Source: an uncultured Acidobacteriota bacterium
GTDB taxonomy: Bacteria; Acidobacteriota; Thermoanaerobaculia; Gp7-AA8
Length of the DNA: 64,000 nucleotides
NCBI GenBank assembly: GCA_963822445.1
Contig: CAWGHO010000001.1
Location: 416,001-480,000 of the forward strand
Direction: 5' to 3'
Part shown: in pieces, positions 20,587 to 30,870 of the stretch
Layout: every line of letters begins with the position of its first letter
Numbering within the stretch: position 1 is the first letter of the stretch
Translations under genes and position numbers: made by a program
Notes under the pieces: generated by a model
Database searches by the model: none
What the model saw: only the letters and a program-made list of their open reading frames with translations
What the model was told of the DNA's origin: nothing

Positions 20587-22008
20587 ATTGGTGGGAACGA
20601 CTGTCGCGGTCAGGCTATTCGCCGTCCCGCAGGGGTTGGTCACGCGGACCCAGAACTGCGTTACTTCGTTGATGACCGGTGTGGTCAGCGTGGACGAGTT
20701 CGAGCTCGCGATCGGTGAACTGGTCAGCGGCGCGTGGCCCTGGTACCACTGGTACGTGTACAGCCCGCCCGCGGACGGCGTGACCTGCAGTGTTGCGCGC
20801 TGGCCGCGGCGGACGGTGGTGCTCTGCGGCTGGTTGATGCCCAGGATCTTCGGCGGCGTGCACAGGACGTCGAGTCCGATGAATGCGGCGTGGGTCTCTC
20901 CGCCGCCCGTGCCGAAGATGGGCAGGTTCGAATAGAGCTGCGGGAAGACGGTGCTGTCCAGCGAGATGGTCGCTTTCACCGAGCCGGTGCCCGGCGCGTC
21001 GATCGTGGTGCGGTCGAAAGTCACGGTGACCCCCGGCGGCAGGTTCTGGGTGAAGAACCGAACGGCCGAGTTGAAATCGAGGGTCGGGTTGTGCGTCGAG
21101 GTGATCGTCACCTGCGCGGACTCGCCCGGCGCCAGAGAGATGAAATTCGGGCTGGGGCTGAGGGTGAAGCCATGGAAGTTCGCGGCCGAGGGGACCTCGC
21201 CGAACGAGATCGCGGAGTTCAGCTCGATCGACGTGCTGCCGCTCCTCATGATGTCTTCCCACTTGATGGCCGCACCGTTGTCGATGCAGGCGCTTCCCTC
21301 GCTGCTGTTGTTCAGCGTGCCTTCACCGATCTGCCGCCAGACGTCGGCGAACTGCGCTGCCGTGAAGGAATCGGCCGGGGTGATGGGGATCAGCAGGATG
21401 TTGTAAGAGCCTTCGTCGGCATCGCAGCTGCGCCCGCCGACGGCATTGAGCTCGGGAACGCTGACGAAGAAGCCGTTGTCGGAGCCGGCCAGGTAGATGT
21501 CGGCGCCGAGGTAGACGTCGATCTCATGAAGCGTGTTGGTCGTCGAATAGACGTGGGTCCGGAGGCGGAAGAAGTTCTGGCCGCGTACGTAGGAGACGGT
21601 GAAGTTGACGCGGACGTCGGAGTCCGGCGCGGCGAGCAGTGCCGACACGATGAACGGATCGGAAGGTGCGCCGGAGCCGAGCGGCCGCTGCGAGAGCGAC
21701 ACCGGTTCCCACGGAGTGAATTCGCCGAGGGCGGTCGTCGCCGTACCGCCGTGCGCGCTGAAATCGGGGGCGTGCAGCACGCCGTCGATATAGGCAAAGA
21801 TGCCCATGTCGGCCAGGTCGTTGGAGGTCGGGAAGACCTGTCCGACTCCTCGAATGGCCGTGTTGTAGATCTGGAACGAGCCGTCAGCGCCTACGTTGAT
21901 CTTGAGCGGCGACGCGTTGATGGTGGTGAACGCCGTCTGCGCCTGGACTCCTGCCGCGACGAGGATGAGCGCCACGGCGAATCCTGACATTCGCACTCTC
22001 TGCATCAT
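20584..22008 (-). CDS. Secreted beta-rich protein with C-terminal Ig-like domain
   Basis: Signal peptide (AAGVQA); QPQSTTV..YTYQWYQG..FWVRVTNPCG. Confidence 0.7.
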   Translation of the reverse strand: MMQRVRMSGFAVALILVAAGVQAQTAFTTINASPLKINVGADGSFQIYNTAIRGVGQVFPTSNDLADMGIFAYIDGVLHAPDFSAHGGTATTALGEFTPWEPVSLSQRPLGSGAPSDPFIVSALLAAPDSDVRVNFTVSYVRGQNFFRLRTHVYSTTNTLHEIDVYLGADIYLAGSDNGFFVSVPELNAVGGRSCDADEGSYNILLIPITPADSFTAAQFADVWRQIGEGTLNNSSEGSACIDNGAAIKWEDIMRSGSTSIELNSAISFGEVPSAANFHGFTLSPSPNFISLAPGESAQVTITSTHNPTLDFNSAVRFFTQNLPPGVTVTFDRTTIDAPGTGSVKATISLDSTVFPQLYSNLPIFGTGGGETHAAFIGLDVLCTPPKILGINQPQSTTVRRGQRATLQVTPSAGGLYTYQWYQGHAPLTSSPIASSNSSTLTTPVINEVTQFWVRVTNPCGTANSLTATVVPTN

Positions 22009-22139
22009 GCACCTCCACACCCGGGCTTGCGAATGACTCCATTAATAAAGGAAAACCGCGGCAAAGCTTAGCACGGCTCGATGCGGGGAGGAGGGGGCGG
22101 AGGCTCGGGCGCCGCGGACTGGACCGGCTTCGAACGGGC

Positions 22140-22250
22140 CAGGGAGAGGCGTCGGAGGCGCATCGTGATGGCCTTGTCGGAGTAATCCACGTTGGGTCAT
22201 GACGCCTCCAGCTTCTCAATGTCTGCGAGATCCTGAAGACTCGACCGGAA
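22140..22250 (-). pseudogene. Possible remnant of a nucleotidyltransferase/partner toxin-antitoxin-like pair
   Basis: Minus strand reads ..LQDLADIEKLEAS*, then VDYSDKAITMRLRRLS; resemblance from memory only. Confidence 0.3.
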
Positions 22251-22256
22251 CCTAGT

Positions 22257-24903
22257 CTACGCCCCCAGAATCTCCCGCAGCGCGCCCTCCGCCCGCCCCA
22301 GCGCCTCGTTCAGCTTGTCCGGGTCTTTACCGCCGGCCTGGGCCAGGTCGGGCTTGCCGCCGCCTTTGCCGCCGACGATCGGCGCGAGCTTGGAGATCAG
22401 CGTGTTGGCCTGCACGCGGTCGAGCAGGTCCTTCGTCACCGCGGTCAGGAGGGTCACTTTCCCGTCTGCTGCACTGCCGAGAACGACCACTCCGCTCTTC
22501 ATCTTCGAGCGCATGGCGTCGGCCAGGCTCCGGAGATCGATCCCTTCGTCGACGACGCGCGTGATGAGCTGAACGCCATCCACGTTGATGGGCGAGTCCT
22601 CGCTTTCGCCGCGTCCGCCCGTGGCGAGCTTCTGCTTCAGCGCCTTGAGTTCTTTCTCCAGCTGCTTCTGCTTCTCCTGCAGCGAGCGCACGTACGTGGG
22701 TAACTCGTCGAGAGCGACGTTCGCCTGCGAGGCCAGTGTGCTCGTCGCGTCGTCGAGCTTCTGGAAGTGCTGCAGCGCCCCGCGGCCGGTGACCGCTTCC
22801 ATGCGCCGCACGCCGGCAGCGAGCGAACGGTCGGACGTGATCTTGAAAATGCCGATGTCGCCGGTGCGATTGACATGGCAGCCGCCGCAGAACTCGCGCG
22901 AGTAATCCCCCGCGGCCACGATGCGCACCTGTTCGCCGTATTTCTCGCCGAACATCGCCACGGCGCCGCTCTGCTTCGCCTGTTCGATGCCCATCACGGT
23001 CTTCGTGACTTCGAGATTCGCGCGGACGCTTCTCGTTCACCGCGTCCTCGATCTCCCTGATCTGGTCGTCGCTGAGCGGCTGGTGATACGTGTAATCGAA
23101 GCGGAGCCGGTCCGGGGCGACGAGCGAACCGGCCTGCTGCACGGTCGGTCCGAGAATGTCCTTCATCGCTTTGTGGAGGAGATGGGTGGCGGTGTGATTG
23201 GCGGTCGTGTCGAGGCGAAGCGGAACCGGCACTGACGCACGCACGTCCATCTTCGGCGAGAGCGAGCCCTCCTCGACACGAACACGCGACATGGTGACCT
23301 CACCGACTTTGTAGGTATCGAGGACGACGGCTCGTCCGGTTTCCCACTCCAACGTACCGGTGTCACCGATTTGTCCGCCTGACTCCGCGTAGAACGGCGT
23401 CGGCGTCAGTACGACACCGCCCTCGGTTCCATGATGCAGCGCGTCCACCGGTGCGCCTGCAACGAAAATTGCCTGGATGAAGGATTCGACATCAGTGAGA
23501 CGGTCATAGCCGACGAACTCCGTCGGGGGTAGCTTCTCGTTGAGGATCGCGGAGGTGTCCGCGTCGATCGCGAACTTCGAGCTCGCCTTCGCCTTCGTGC
23601 GCGCGTCGGCCATCATCTGCTCGAAGCCCGCGCGATCGAGCGTCACGCCCTCTTCCTCCGCCATCTCCGCGATGAGATCGATGGGGATGCCGAAGGTGTC
23701 GTACAGGCGGAACACTTCCGCGCCGCCGAGGGTGGTCTCGCCGCGCTGGCGGACGTCGTCAAGAACTTGACCAACGCGCTCCATGCCCGTGGTCAGCGTC
23801 CGCGAGAAACGCTCCTCCTCGGACGCCAGCGTCTTGGCAATGGCCTGGTGCCGCTCGCGAAGCTCCGGATAGGCATCGCCCATCGCTTCGTTGACGGAGT
23901 CGACGAGATGCGTGAGCAGCACAGGCGACGGCAGCTTGCGCCCGAAGCGGATGGCCCGCCGGATGATGCGCCGCAGCACGTAGCCGCGGCCTTCGTTCGA
24001 CGGGATGACGCCGTCGCTGATGAGGAACGTCGAGGCCCGGGCATGGTCGGCGAGCACGCGCACCGCGGTGTCGAGATCGCTCTCCATGTCCCCGCCGTAC
24101 TCGTGGCCGGACACCGCCTCGATCCTGTGGATGATCGGCGTGAAGAGATCGGTGTCGTAGTTCGTCCCGGCTTTCTGCAGGACCAGGGAGATGCGCTCGA
24201 GGCCCATCCCCGTGTCGACTGACGGCGCCGGCAGCGGATGGAGCACGCCGTTCTCGTCGCGGTCGTACTGCATGAAGACGAGGTTCCAGACCTCCATCGT
24301 GTCGTCCCCCGGTCCGTTGACCAGCTCCGGGACGTTCTTCGAAAGGTCGTCGCGGCGGAAGTAGTGAATCTCCGAGCACGGTCCGCAGGGACCGGTGTCG
24401 CCCATCTGCCAGAAGTTGTCCTTCTTGCCGAACTTCAGCACGCGCTCGGGCTTCGCACCGACTTTCACCCACAGCGCCGCCGCCTCTTCGTCCGCCGGAA
24501 CCTTGTCGTCCCCTTCGAACACGGAGAACCAGAGCCGTTCGGGATCGAGGCCGTACACGTCGACCATCAGCTCCCAGGCGAAGCGGATCGCGTCTTCCTT
24601 GAAGTAATCGCCGAACGAGAAATTGCCGAGCATCTCGAAGAAGGTGTGATGGCGCGCGGTGCGGCCGACGTTCTCGAGGTCGTTGTGTTTGCCGCCGGCG
24701 CGGACGCACTTCTGCGAGGTCGTGGCGCGGGCGTAGTCGCGCGGCTCACGGCCGAGGAAGGTGTCTTTGAATTGATTCATCCCGGCGTTGGTGAACAGGA
24801 GGGTGGGATCTCCGGCGGGGACGAGAGACGAGCTGGAAACGCGGCGGTGGCCGTTTTTCTCGAAGTAGTGGAGGAAAGCCTCACGAATCTGGCTGGTGGT
24901 CAA
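22257..24903 (-). CDS. alaS: Alanine--tRNA ligase; frameshift near 23030
   Basis: DPTLLFTNAGMNQFK, RHHTFFEMLGNFSFGDYFK, NHTATHLLH, EFCGGCHV, GGKGGG. Confidence 0.97.
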
Positions 24904-25372
24904 CAACAGATGTCTCCTTGATGCAGGCAAAAACGAGCGCGGCATCGTAACCCTGCTTCAACAGATACGCGGCCAATTTGTTTCGCCCCTCGGCGCTCTT
25001 CAAATACTCGGGTCCATGCCTCCTCACGAGCGTTCTCGCCTTGCGATCGCAGAGCGTCCGCAAAGCCTCCGCCTCCCGCTCCGGATCGACGTTCCCCGCG
25101 ACCGCGTCAGCGGCCGTTTCGCGATCGATTCCCGCCGCCTGCAGCTCCCGGAGAATGCGCTTCCTGCCGATGCTCTTGTTCGCTTTCGTCCGGGTGAAGG
25201 CGCCGGCGAAGCGGCTGTCGTCGAGCCACTTCTCGTCCCGCAACCGGATCATGGTCGCGTCGATGGTTTCCTTGTCGAACTGCTTGAATTTCAGCTTCCG
25301 CCGCAGCTCGACTTCGCTGTTGAAGCGAAATTTGAGGATGCGCAGCGCGGCGATGTATGCGTCGTCTTGCAT
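24881..25372 (-). CDS. recX: Regulatory protein RecX
   Basis: ALRIL..SEVELRRKL, WLDDSRFA, GRKRILRELQAAGI, YLLKQGY; directly upstream of alaS. Confidence 0.88.
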   Translation of the reverse strand: MQDDAYIAALRILKFRFNSEVELRRKLKFKQFDKETIDATMIRLRDEKWLDDSRFAGAFTRTKANKSIGRKRILRELQAAGIDRETAADAVAGNVDPEREAEALRTLCDRKARTLVRRHGPEYLKSAEGRNKLAAYLLKQGYDAALVFACIKETSVVDHQPDS

Positions 25373-25432
25373 TGGCGTAGTCTACGTCTCTGCTAGACTC
25401 GCCGCATTGATGGAGATATTCCGGAGAAAGGT

Positions 25433-26902
25433 GTGACCGAACGAGGTTCGTTGACCTGGCTTCACCTTTCGGACCTTCATCTGTGCCAGCCGAAGAATGG
25501 CCATGACCGGTATCGCATTCTGAGGACGCTGATCAACGATCTGCGCAAGCTTCGGCGCGAGGAAGGTCTCCAGCCTGACTTCCTCTTCATCACCGGCGAC
25601 CTCGCCTACGGGAACCTCGGGGCCGGCGATCGCTCGCTGGTCTCGCAGTACGCCGAAGTCCAGACGTTCATCGAAGAGATCCAGCAAACCTACGACGGCG
25701 AGCTTTCACAGTCTCGCGTCTTTCTCGTCCCGGGAAACCACGACGTGGACCGGAAAAAGGCGCCACAGCCCCTCAACGACTGGCTGGAAAAGCTCGCCCA
25801 GCGCAGCGACGTCGAGGACATGATCCAGTCGGGCGAGCATCAGTGGAAACTCTACGCCGAGCGCCTTCACGCGTACCGCGAATTCCTGACGACCTACGGT
25901 TACTCGCACCTTCTCGATGATCCGGACCGACTCACTTACGCGAGCCGGATCTTCGTCAACGACGTAGACGTGGCCGTGGTCGGCCTGAACACCGCGTGGT
26001 CCTGCAGCCATAAAGACGAGCGATCGATCTGGGTCGGGGGCCGGTCGCAGATCGACAGGCTTTTCCCGGTTTTCGTCAACTCCGACGTCAAGATCGCATT
26101 GATGCATCACTCCACGCGCTGGATCCACACGGACGAGTCACCGAAACTCGAGCAGCAGCTCATCAGCGACTTCGATTTCTGCTTGCATGGGCATGAGCAC
26201 GAGATGTTTCTCTCCGTCGTCGCCCCAGGTCATCATCGGATCGCTGCCGGCGCTTCGTACCAGGGCCCGCACGAGGAGAACTCGTACAACTTCGTGCGGC
26301 TCGATCTCGCCAGCGGCACGGGTCAGGTGTGGATGCGCAAATACGAGCATCTGGAATGGGGGCCAAAACGCGTCGCCTCGTACACCAACGATCACGGCGT
26401 CTGGCCGCTCGAGCGGTCCCTGCAGCGGATCGTCGATCGGTTCCGCACGGTCGCTCCGCTGCTGCAGGAGCCGGTGGCACGGCAGGCCGCCGCCGTGTGC
26501 ATTGAGCAGACGGAACACGGACTGCGGTTTCTTCTCACGATGACGAGCAAAGACAGGTGGCTGTTTCAGAAAGCGCGCGTGACGCGCGAATCGGCGGCCG
26601 CGGTGGCCATCCGCGCGGCCGGCTCGGAGGCCGGTGCGATCGGAAAGCTCCATGAGCCGATGCTGGAGCAGTTCGACTACCGCCGCGACGACGATCCGCC
26701 CATTCCGACAGCGGCCTACTTGTTCACTGTCGAAAGCCTCAGGGACTCCGCCCCGCCCGACCGCCATCCGACGTGGTACACCACGGCAGAAGCCGTCTCG
26801 GCGCTCATGGAAAAGCGGGAGCCTCACGAATGGTGGCCGCTCGTATCCGTAATCCGAAAGGCGTGGGAGCGGCTGGAGGGACCCGATGCTCATCGTCTAT
26901 GA
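25433..26902 (+). CDS. Calcineurin-like metallophosphoesterase fused to a degenerate C-terminal Nudix domain
   Basis: LHLSDLH, TGDLA, VPGNHD, LMHH, LHGHEH; C-terminus QAAAVC..RFLLT..DRWLFQKA..ESAAAVAIRAAGSEAG. Confidence 0.8.
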   Translation: MTERGSLTWLHLSDLHLCQPKNGHDRYRILRTLINDLRKLRREEGLQPDFLFITGDLAYGNLGAGDRSLVSQYAEVQTFIEEIQQTYDGELSQSRVFLVPGNHDVDRKKAPQPLNDWLEKLAQRSDVEDMIQSGEHQWKLYAERLHAYREFLTTYGYSHLLDDPDRLTYASRIFVNDVDVAVVGLNTAWSCSHKDERSIWVGGRSQIDRLFPVFVNSDVKIALMHHSTRWIHTDESPKLEQQLISDFDFCLHGHEHEMFLSVVAPGHHRIAAGASYQGPHEENSYNFVRLDLASGTGQVWMRKYEHLEWGPKRVASYTNDHGVWPLERSLQRIVDRFRTVAPLLQEPVARQAAAVCIEQTEHGLRFLLTMTSKDRWLFQKARVTRESAAAVAIRAAGSEAGAIGKLHEPMLEQFDYRRDDDPPIPTAAYLFTVESLRDSAPPDRHPTWYTTAEAVSALMEKREPHEWWPLVSVIRKAWERLEGPDAHRL

Positions 26903-27536
26903 GGGAATTGACGGCAGCGGGAAGACGACCAGCAGCCGGAAACTGTGCGAGTCGCTCCTGGCTCGGAGCGAAGACGTCACGATCGTGCAGTGGACGTCGT
27001 TCCAGGTCCGGCCGGAGGAAGAGAATCCGTTGTTCCGGACCGCGGAACGAAACCGCAACCGGGGAAGGCTCGGACCCCTTGCCTACTCCGTCTGGCATTG
27101 CGCGGACTTCGCGTACCGGCTCGAGGAGTTCGTTCTTCCCGCGCTGAAACAGGACCAGATCGTAATCATGGACCGCTACAAATACACCGGCCTTGTGCGC
27201 GACGTGCTTCGCGGCGTCGACGAAAAGGTCGTCCGCTCGCTCTACACCTTCGCACCGGAACCCGACCTCGTCATTTATCTCGACGTCGATCCGGCGATCG
27301 CCTACGCCCGCAAGAAGGCTGACGGTGCGCCGATCGGCTTTTACGAACGCGGACTGGACATGTTTGAAGACATGACCGAAGAAGCAGGGTTCCGAGCGTT
27401 CCAGAGTCTCTGCCGCCGCCGCTATCCGGCTGTGCTGCCAGCCGGCTCGCTCCAGCTCGACGCCAGTCGCCCCCAGACCGCGGTCCTGGCGGACATCATG
27501 AGCGCCGTCGACACGAAGTTGCGTAAGCGGCGCTAG
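26886..27536 (+). CDS. Thymidylate-kinase-fold P-loop kinase
   Basis: IVYEGIDGSGKTT, IMDRY, PDLVIYLDVDP; overlaps the upstream gene by 17 nt. Confidence 0.85.
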   Translation: MLIVYEGIDGSGKTTSSRKLCESLLARSEDVTIVQWTSFQVRPEEENPLFRTAERNRNRGRLGPLAYSVWHCADFAYRLEEFVLPALKQDQIVIMDRYKYTGLVRDVLRGVDEKVVRSLYTFAPEPDLVIYLDVDPAIAYARKKADGAPIGFYERGLDMFEDMTEEAGFRAFQSLCRRRYPAVLPAGSLQLDASRPQTAVLADIMSAVDTKLRKRR

Positions 27537-27540
27537 GCCG

Positions 27541-28353
27541 TCATGGCGCGATCGCCGCGATGAGCCTCTGGTACCCGGCGGCGGCAGCAGGCCACAAGAA
27601 CGCATTGCCGTGGGTCGCTTTCGGGACGACGACCAACTCCTTGTACTGCGACGGCGACGCGGCCAGCAGCGTTCGCGACATCGCCACCGGCGTGACCTTG
27701 TCCGCCTCCCCCGCCACGAGCAGCAGTGGACCGCGATAGGCCTTTACCCGCGCGAGGTTGTCTTCCTTCAGCATGCGCGGCGGAATGACGACGCGCACGC
27801 CGATCGGCGTCTGTGCCTTGGCCCAGTCGCTCACGTTCGTGGCGGTGCTCTCGAGCACGAGCGCGGCCGGCTGGCGCTGTTCGCCGACGTACGCGGCCAT
27901 GAAGCTGCCGAGGGAAAAGCCGTGGACGATGATCGGAAGCTGGGACTGAGCGCGCAGCCAGTCGTAGACCGCGAGGACGTCGGTCTGCATGTTGTCGATG
28001 GTCGGCTTGCCTTCGCTGCGGCCGTAGCCGCGGTAGTCGATCATCAGTGCGTTCACGGGATGGGCGACGAGACCGTTGGCAGTCGTCGCGCCGAAAAGCT
28101 CAGTGCGGAACGAGTCGCCGCCGAAATAAAGAACTTCCGCCTTCGCCCCTTCGCGCACTATGCGCACGGCGTGCAGGCGCGTGCCGTCGGCCATCGGCAG
28201 CATGACGTCGGTCGCCGTCGCACCGGCGGGCAGCGTCCACTTCGTGGTGTCGTCCGCGGCCGCGGGCGGGCCGGGGTGGAAGAACATGTCCTCCCGCAGC
28301 CGGAACGTGCAGGAGGCGAGAAGAAGCGCCGCGACGAGGACCGCGCGGCGCAT
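27541..28353 (-). CDS. Alpha/beta hydrolase lipoprotein
   Basis: Lipobox LASC; DYRGYGRSEG, GFSLG, GEADKVTP, H. Confidence 0.88.
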   Translation of the reverse strand: MRRAVLVAALLLASCTFRLREDMFFHPGPPAAADDTTKWTLPAGATATDVMLPMADGTRLHAVRIVREGAKAEVLYFGGDSFRTELFGATTANGLVAHPVNALMIDYRGYGRSEGKPTIDNMQTDVLAVYDWLRAQSQLPIIVHGFSLGSFMAAYVGEQRQPAALVLESTATNVSDWAKAQTPIGVRVVIPPRMLKEDNLARVKAYRGPLLLVAGEADKVTPVAMSRTLLAASPSQYKELVVVPKATHGNAFLWPAAAAGYQRLIAAIAP

Positions 28354-29534
28354 CAGATGCTGTTGGAGAAGTCGAACGGCGACTCGTCGTTGAAGGGATC
28401 GTCGTTGCCCTGGCCGGACAGGGTGAGCTTCCCTTCCATCTCTTCCTTCGACATGTCGGCCGTCGACTGAATGCCGGAGAGCTTGAGGCGGAACTCGTCG
28501 GGATTCGACGCGCGCCGCAACGCTTCATCGAGCGTGATCAGGCCGTTCTTGTAGAGGATGTAGAGCGACTGATCGAAGGTCTGCATGCCGTACTGCGAGG
28601 TGCCCTGGGCGATCGCGTCCTTGATCAGCTTCGTCTTTTCCTTGTTCTCGATGCAGTCGCGGATGTACGCGGTCGAGATCAGGATCTCCGCCGCGGGAAC
28701 GCGTCCGAGTCCGTCGGCGCGCGGGAGCAGGCGGAGGGAGACGACCGCTTTGAGCACGGCCGCGAGCTGCAGGCGGATCTGCTTCTGCTGGTGCGGCGGG
28801 AAGACGGAGATGATGCGGTTGACGGTTTCCGTCGCGTCCATGGTGTGCAGCGTGGACAGGACGAGGTGACCCGTCTCGGCCGCGGTCAGCGCGGTCTCGA
28901 TGGTCTCGTAGTCGCGCATTTCGCCGACGAGGATGACGTCGGGATCCTGACGGAGCGCGGATCGCAGGGCCTGGGAGAAGGACTTGGTGTCGACTTCGAC
29001 CTCGCGCTGGTTGACGATCGATTTCTTGTCGCGATGGAGGAACTCGATGGGGTCCTCGACGGTCATGATGTGCTCGGTGCGGTGAGCGTTGATGTAGTCG
29101 ATCATCGCCGCGAGGGTGGTCGACTTGCCCGAGCCGGTCGTCCCCGTGCAAAGAATCAGTCCCCGCCGCTCTTCAGCGATCTTTTCGAGGACCGTGGGGA
29201 GCATCAGCTCGCGGATGGAGAGGATCTTGACCGGGATGACGCGGAGGACCATGCCCACCGTCCCACGCTGCTGGAAGATGTTGCAGCGGAAGCGGCCGAG
29301 GCCGGGGACCGAGTAGGCGATGTCGATCTCGTAGTTATTCTTGAACTTCTCTTTCTGGCGGGAGGACATGATCGAGAACGCCATCGCGATCGTGTCTTCC
29401 TGCATGAGGCGCTTGAGCTCGACGAGCGGCACGAGCTCGCCGTCGACGCGGATGACCGGATGGGAGCCGACCTTGATGTGAAGGTCCGAGGCCCGTCTCT
29501 CCGCGGCAATTTTCAGAAGATCGTTGATGTGCAC
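28353..29534 (-). CDS. pilT: Type IV pilus retraction ATPase, PilT family
   Basis: ASDLH, GTTGSGKST, EDPIEF, LRQDPDVILVGEMRD, GMQTFDQSL. Confidence 0.92.
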   Translation of the reverse strand: MHINDLLKIAAERRASDLHIKVGSHPVIRVDGELVPLVELKRLMQEDTIAMAFSIMSSRQKEKFKNNYEIDIAYSVPGLGRFRCNIFQQRGTVGMVLRVIPVKILSIRELMLPTVLEKIAEERRGLILCTGTTGSGKSTTLAAMIDYINAHRTEHIMTVEDPIEFLHRDKKSIVNQREVEVDTKSFSQALRSALRQDPDVILVGEMRDYETIETALTAAETGHLVLSTLHTMDATETVNRIISVFPPHQQKQIRLQLAAVLKAVVSLRLLPRADGLGRVPAAEILISTAYIRDCIENKEKTKLIKDAIAQGTSQYGMQTFDQSLYILYKNGLITLDEALRRASNPDEFRLKLSGIQSTADMSKEEMEGKLTLSGQGNDDPFNDESPFDFSNSI

Positions 29535-29542
29535 GAGTCACC

Positions 29543-30205
29543 TCAGGGGATTCGGAAACCATTGGATTCTACTCCCAGACGTCCGGGCATCTCGAATTGG
29601 GGGTCGAGGATGCTGACCCCGATCCGCGCCATCATCGACCGGAGATACTCCTCGGGCGCGATGCCGAGACTCTCGATCCGTTTCGCGACCGCCGCCCGCC
29701 GGGCCATGCTCCTCGCCTGCTCTTCGTAATGCTGCCGGGCGCTGGCCACGAAGTCTTTGGCCAGGAATCGCTCGAGAACTTCCAGGGACGGGTACCGGGC
29801 CGCCTCCCGGCGAAACTCGTCCAGGGATTTGTTCATCGGCGCGATCACCTCCTCGTAGACCGCTTCGATCGGCTCGCCTCGATAAACCCGCGCGACCGCC
29901 TCCGGCACTTTCCGACCCAGATCGGCGAGGCCGCGCAGCATCGCTTCGTCCTTCAGGATCGGTGAGCGAAACGCGTCCACCTCGGCATCCGACGGCTCGC
30001 ACCCTTCGATCGCGCAGATCTGTTCGGCGAGAATCCGGGCCGCGACGGCGTGAAACCTCTCGCGCTCGGCTTCCACGCAGGCTTCCTCGACCGTCTTTCC
30101 GCGCAGCCACTTCGGGTTCTCAGCGGCCACCTCGCGGCTGCACCAGACCTCGCCGTACATGACCTCGCGGCCGCCGATCCGCGCAATCACCCTGTCTTCG
30201 GCCAT
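29543..30205 (-). CDS. Hypothetical protein
   Basis: 220-aa helical ORF filling the gap upstream of pilT. Confidence 0.55.
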   Translation of the reverse strand: MAEDRVIARIGGREVMYGEVWCSREVAAENPKWLRGKTVEEACVEAERERFHAVAARILAEQICAIEGCEPSDAEVDAFRSPILKDEAMLRGLADLGRKVPEAVARVYRGEPIEAVYEEVIAPMNKSLDEFRREAARYPSLEVLERFLAKDFVASARQHYEEQARSMARRAAVAKRIESLGIAPEEYLRSMMARIGVSILDPQFEMPGRLGVESNGFRIP

Positions 30206-30234
30206 CGTCCGCGAAGATTACAATCCGCGACCCC

Positions 30235-30870
30235 ATGCCTGCGAGCGACCTCTCCCTCCGCTACCTCGTCACCCCCGACAGCGATGCCGAACTGCCCCTG
30301 GTGCTCATGCTCCATGGCCGCGGCGCGGACATGCACGACCTCGCCGATCTGGCTCCTGTGCTGGCTGACCGCAACACCTGCCGTTTCGTCTTCGCCAACG
30401 CCCCTCGCCCTTTTGAAGCCGCACCGGGGATGACCTTCGGCTGGACCTGGTTCGACGGATGGCCGCCGGAGGAAAAATCGGTCGCGGCGTCGCGCGAGAT
30501 TCTTCTGAAGTTCATCGGCGAGATCACGAATCGCTACAAGACCTCGAAGCTCGTCGTCGCCGGCTTCTCGCAGGGCGCGATGATGTCGCTCGACGCCGGA
30601 CTGCGCACCGAATGCGCGGGCATCATCGCCATGAGCGGCGGTTTGTATGAGCCCGCGCTTCCCGATCTCAGTGCGAAAAAAGGATTACCGGTTCTGATCG
30701 CGCACGGGATTTACGACGACGTCGTCCCGGTCGCGTACGCGCGACGCGCGCGGCACGTGCTGGAGGAAGCGGGACTCGCCGTCGAATATCACGAGTACCC
30801 GATGCAGCACGCCGTCGCACAGGAAGAAGTCGCGGTGGTGCGCGACTTCATTGCCCGCGCGACAAAGTAA
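30235..30870 (+). CDS. Phospholipase/carboxylesterase
   Basis: LHGRG, GFSQG, HGIYDDVV, H. Confidence 0.9.
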   Translation: MPASDLSLRYLVTPDSDAELPLVLMLHGRGADMHDLADLAPVLADRNTCRFVFANAPRPFEAAPGMTFGWTWFDGWPPEEKSVAASREILLKFIGEITNRYKTSKLVVAGFSQGAMMSLDAGLRTECAGIIAMSGGLYEPALPDLSAKKGLPVLIAHGIYDDVVPVAYARRARHVLEEAGLAVEYHEYPMQHAVAQEEVAVVRDFIARATK

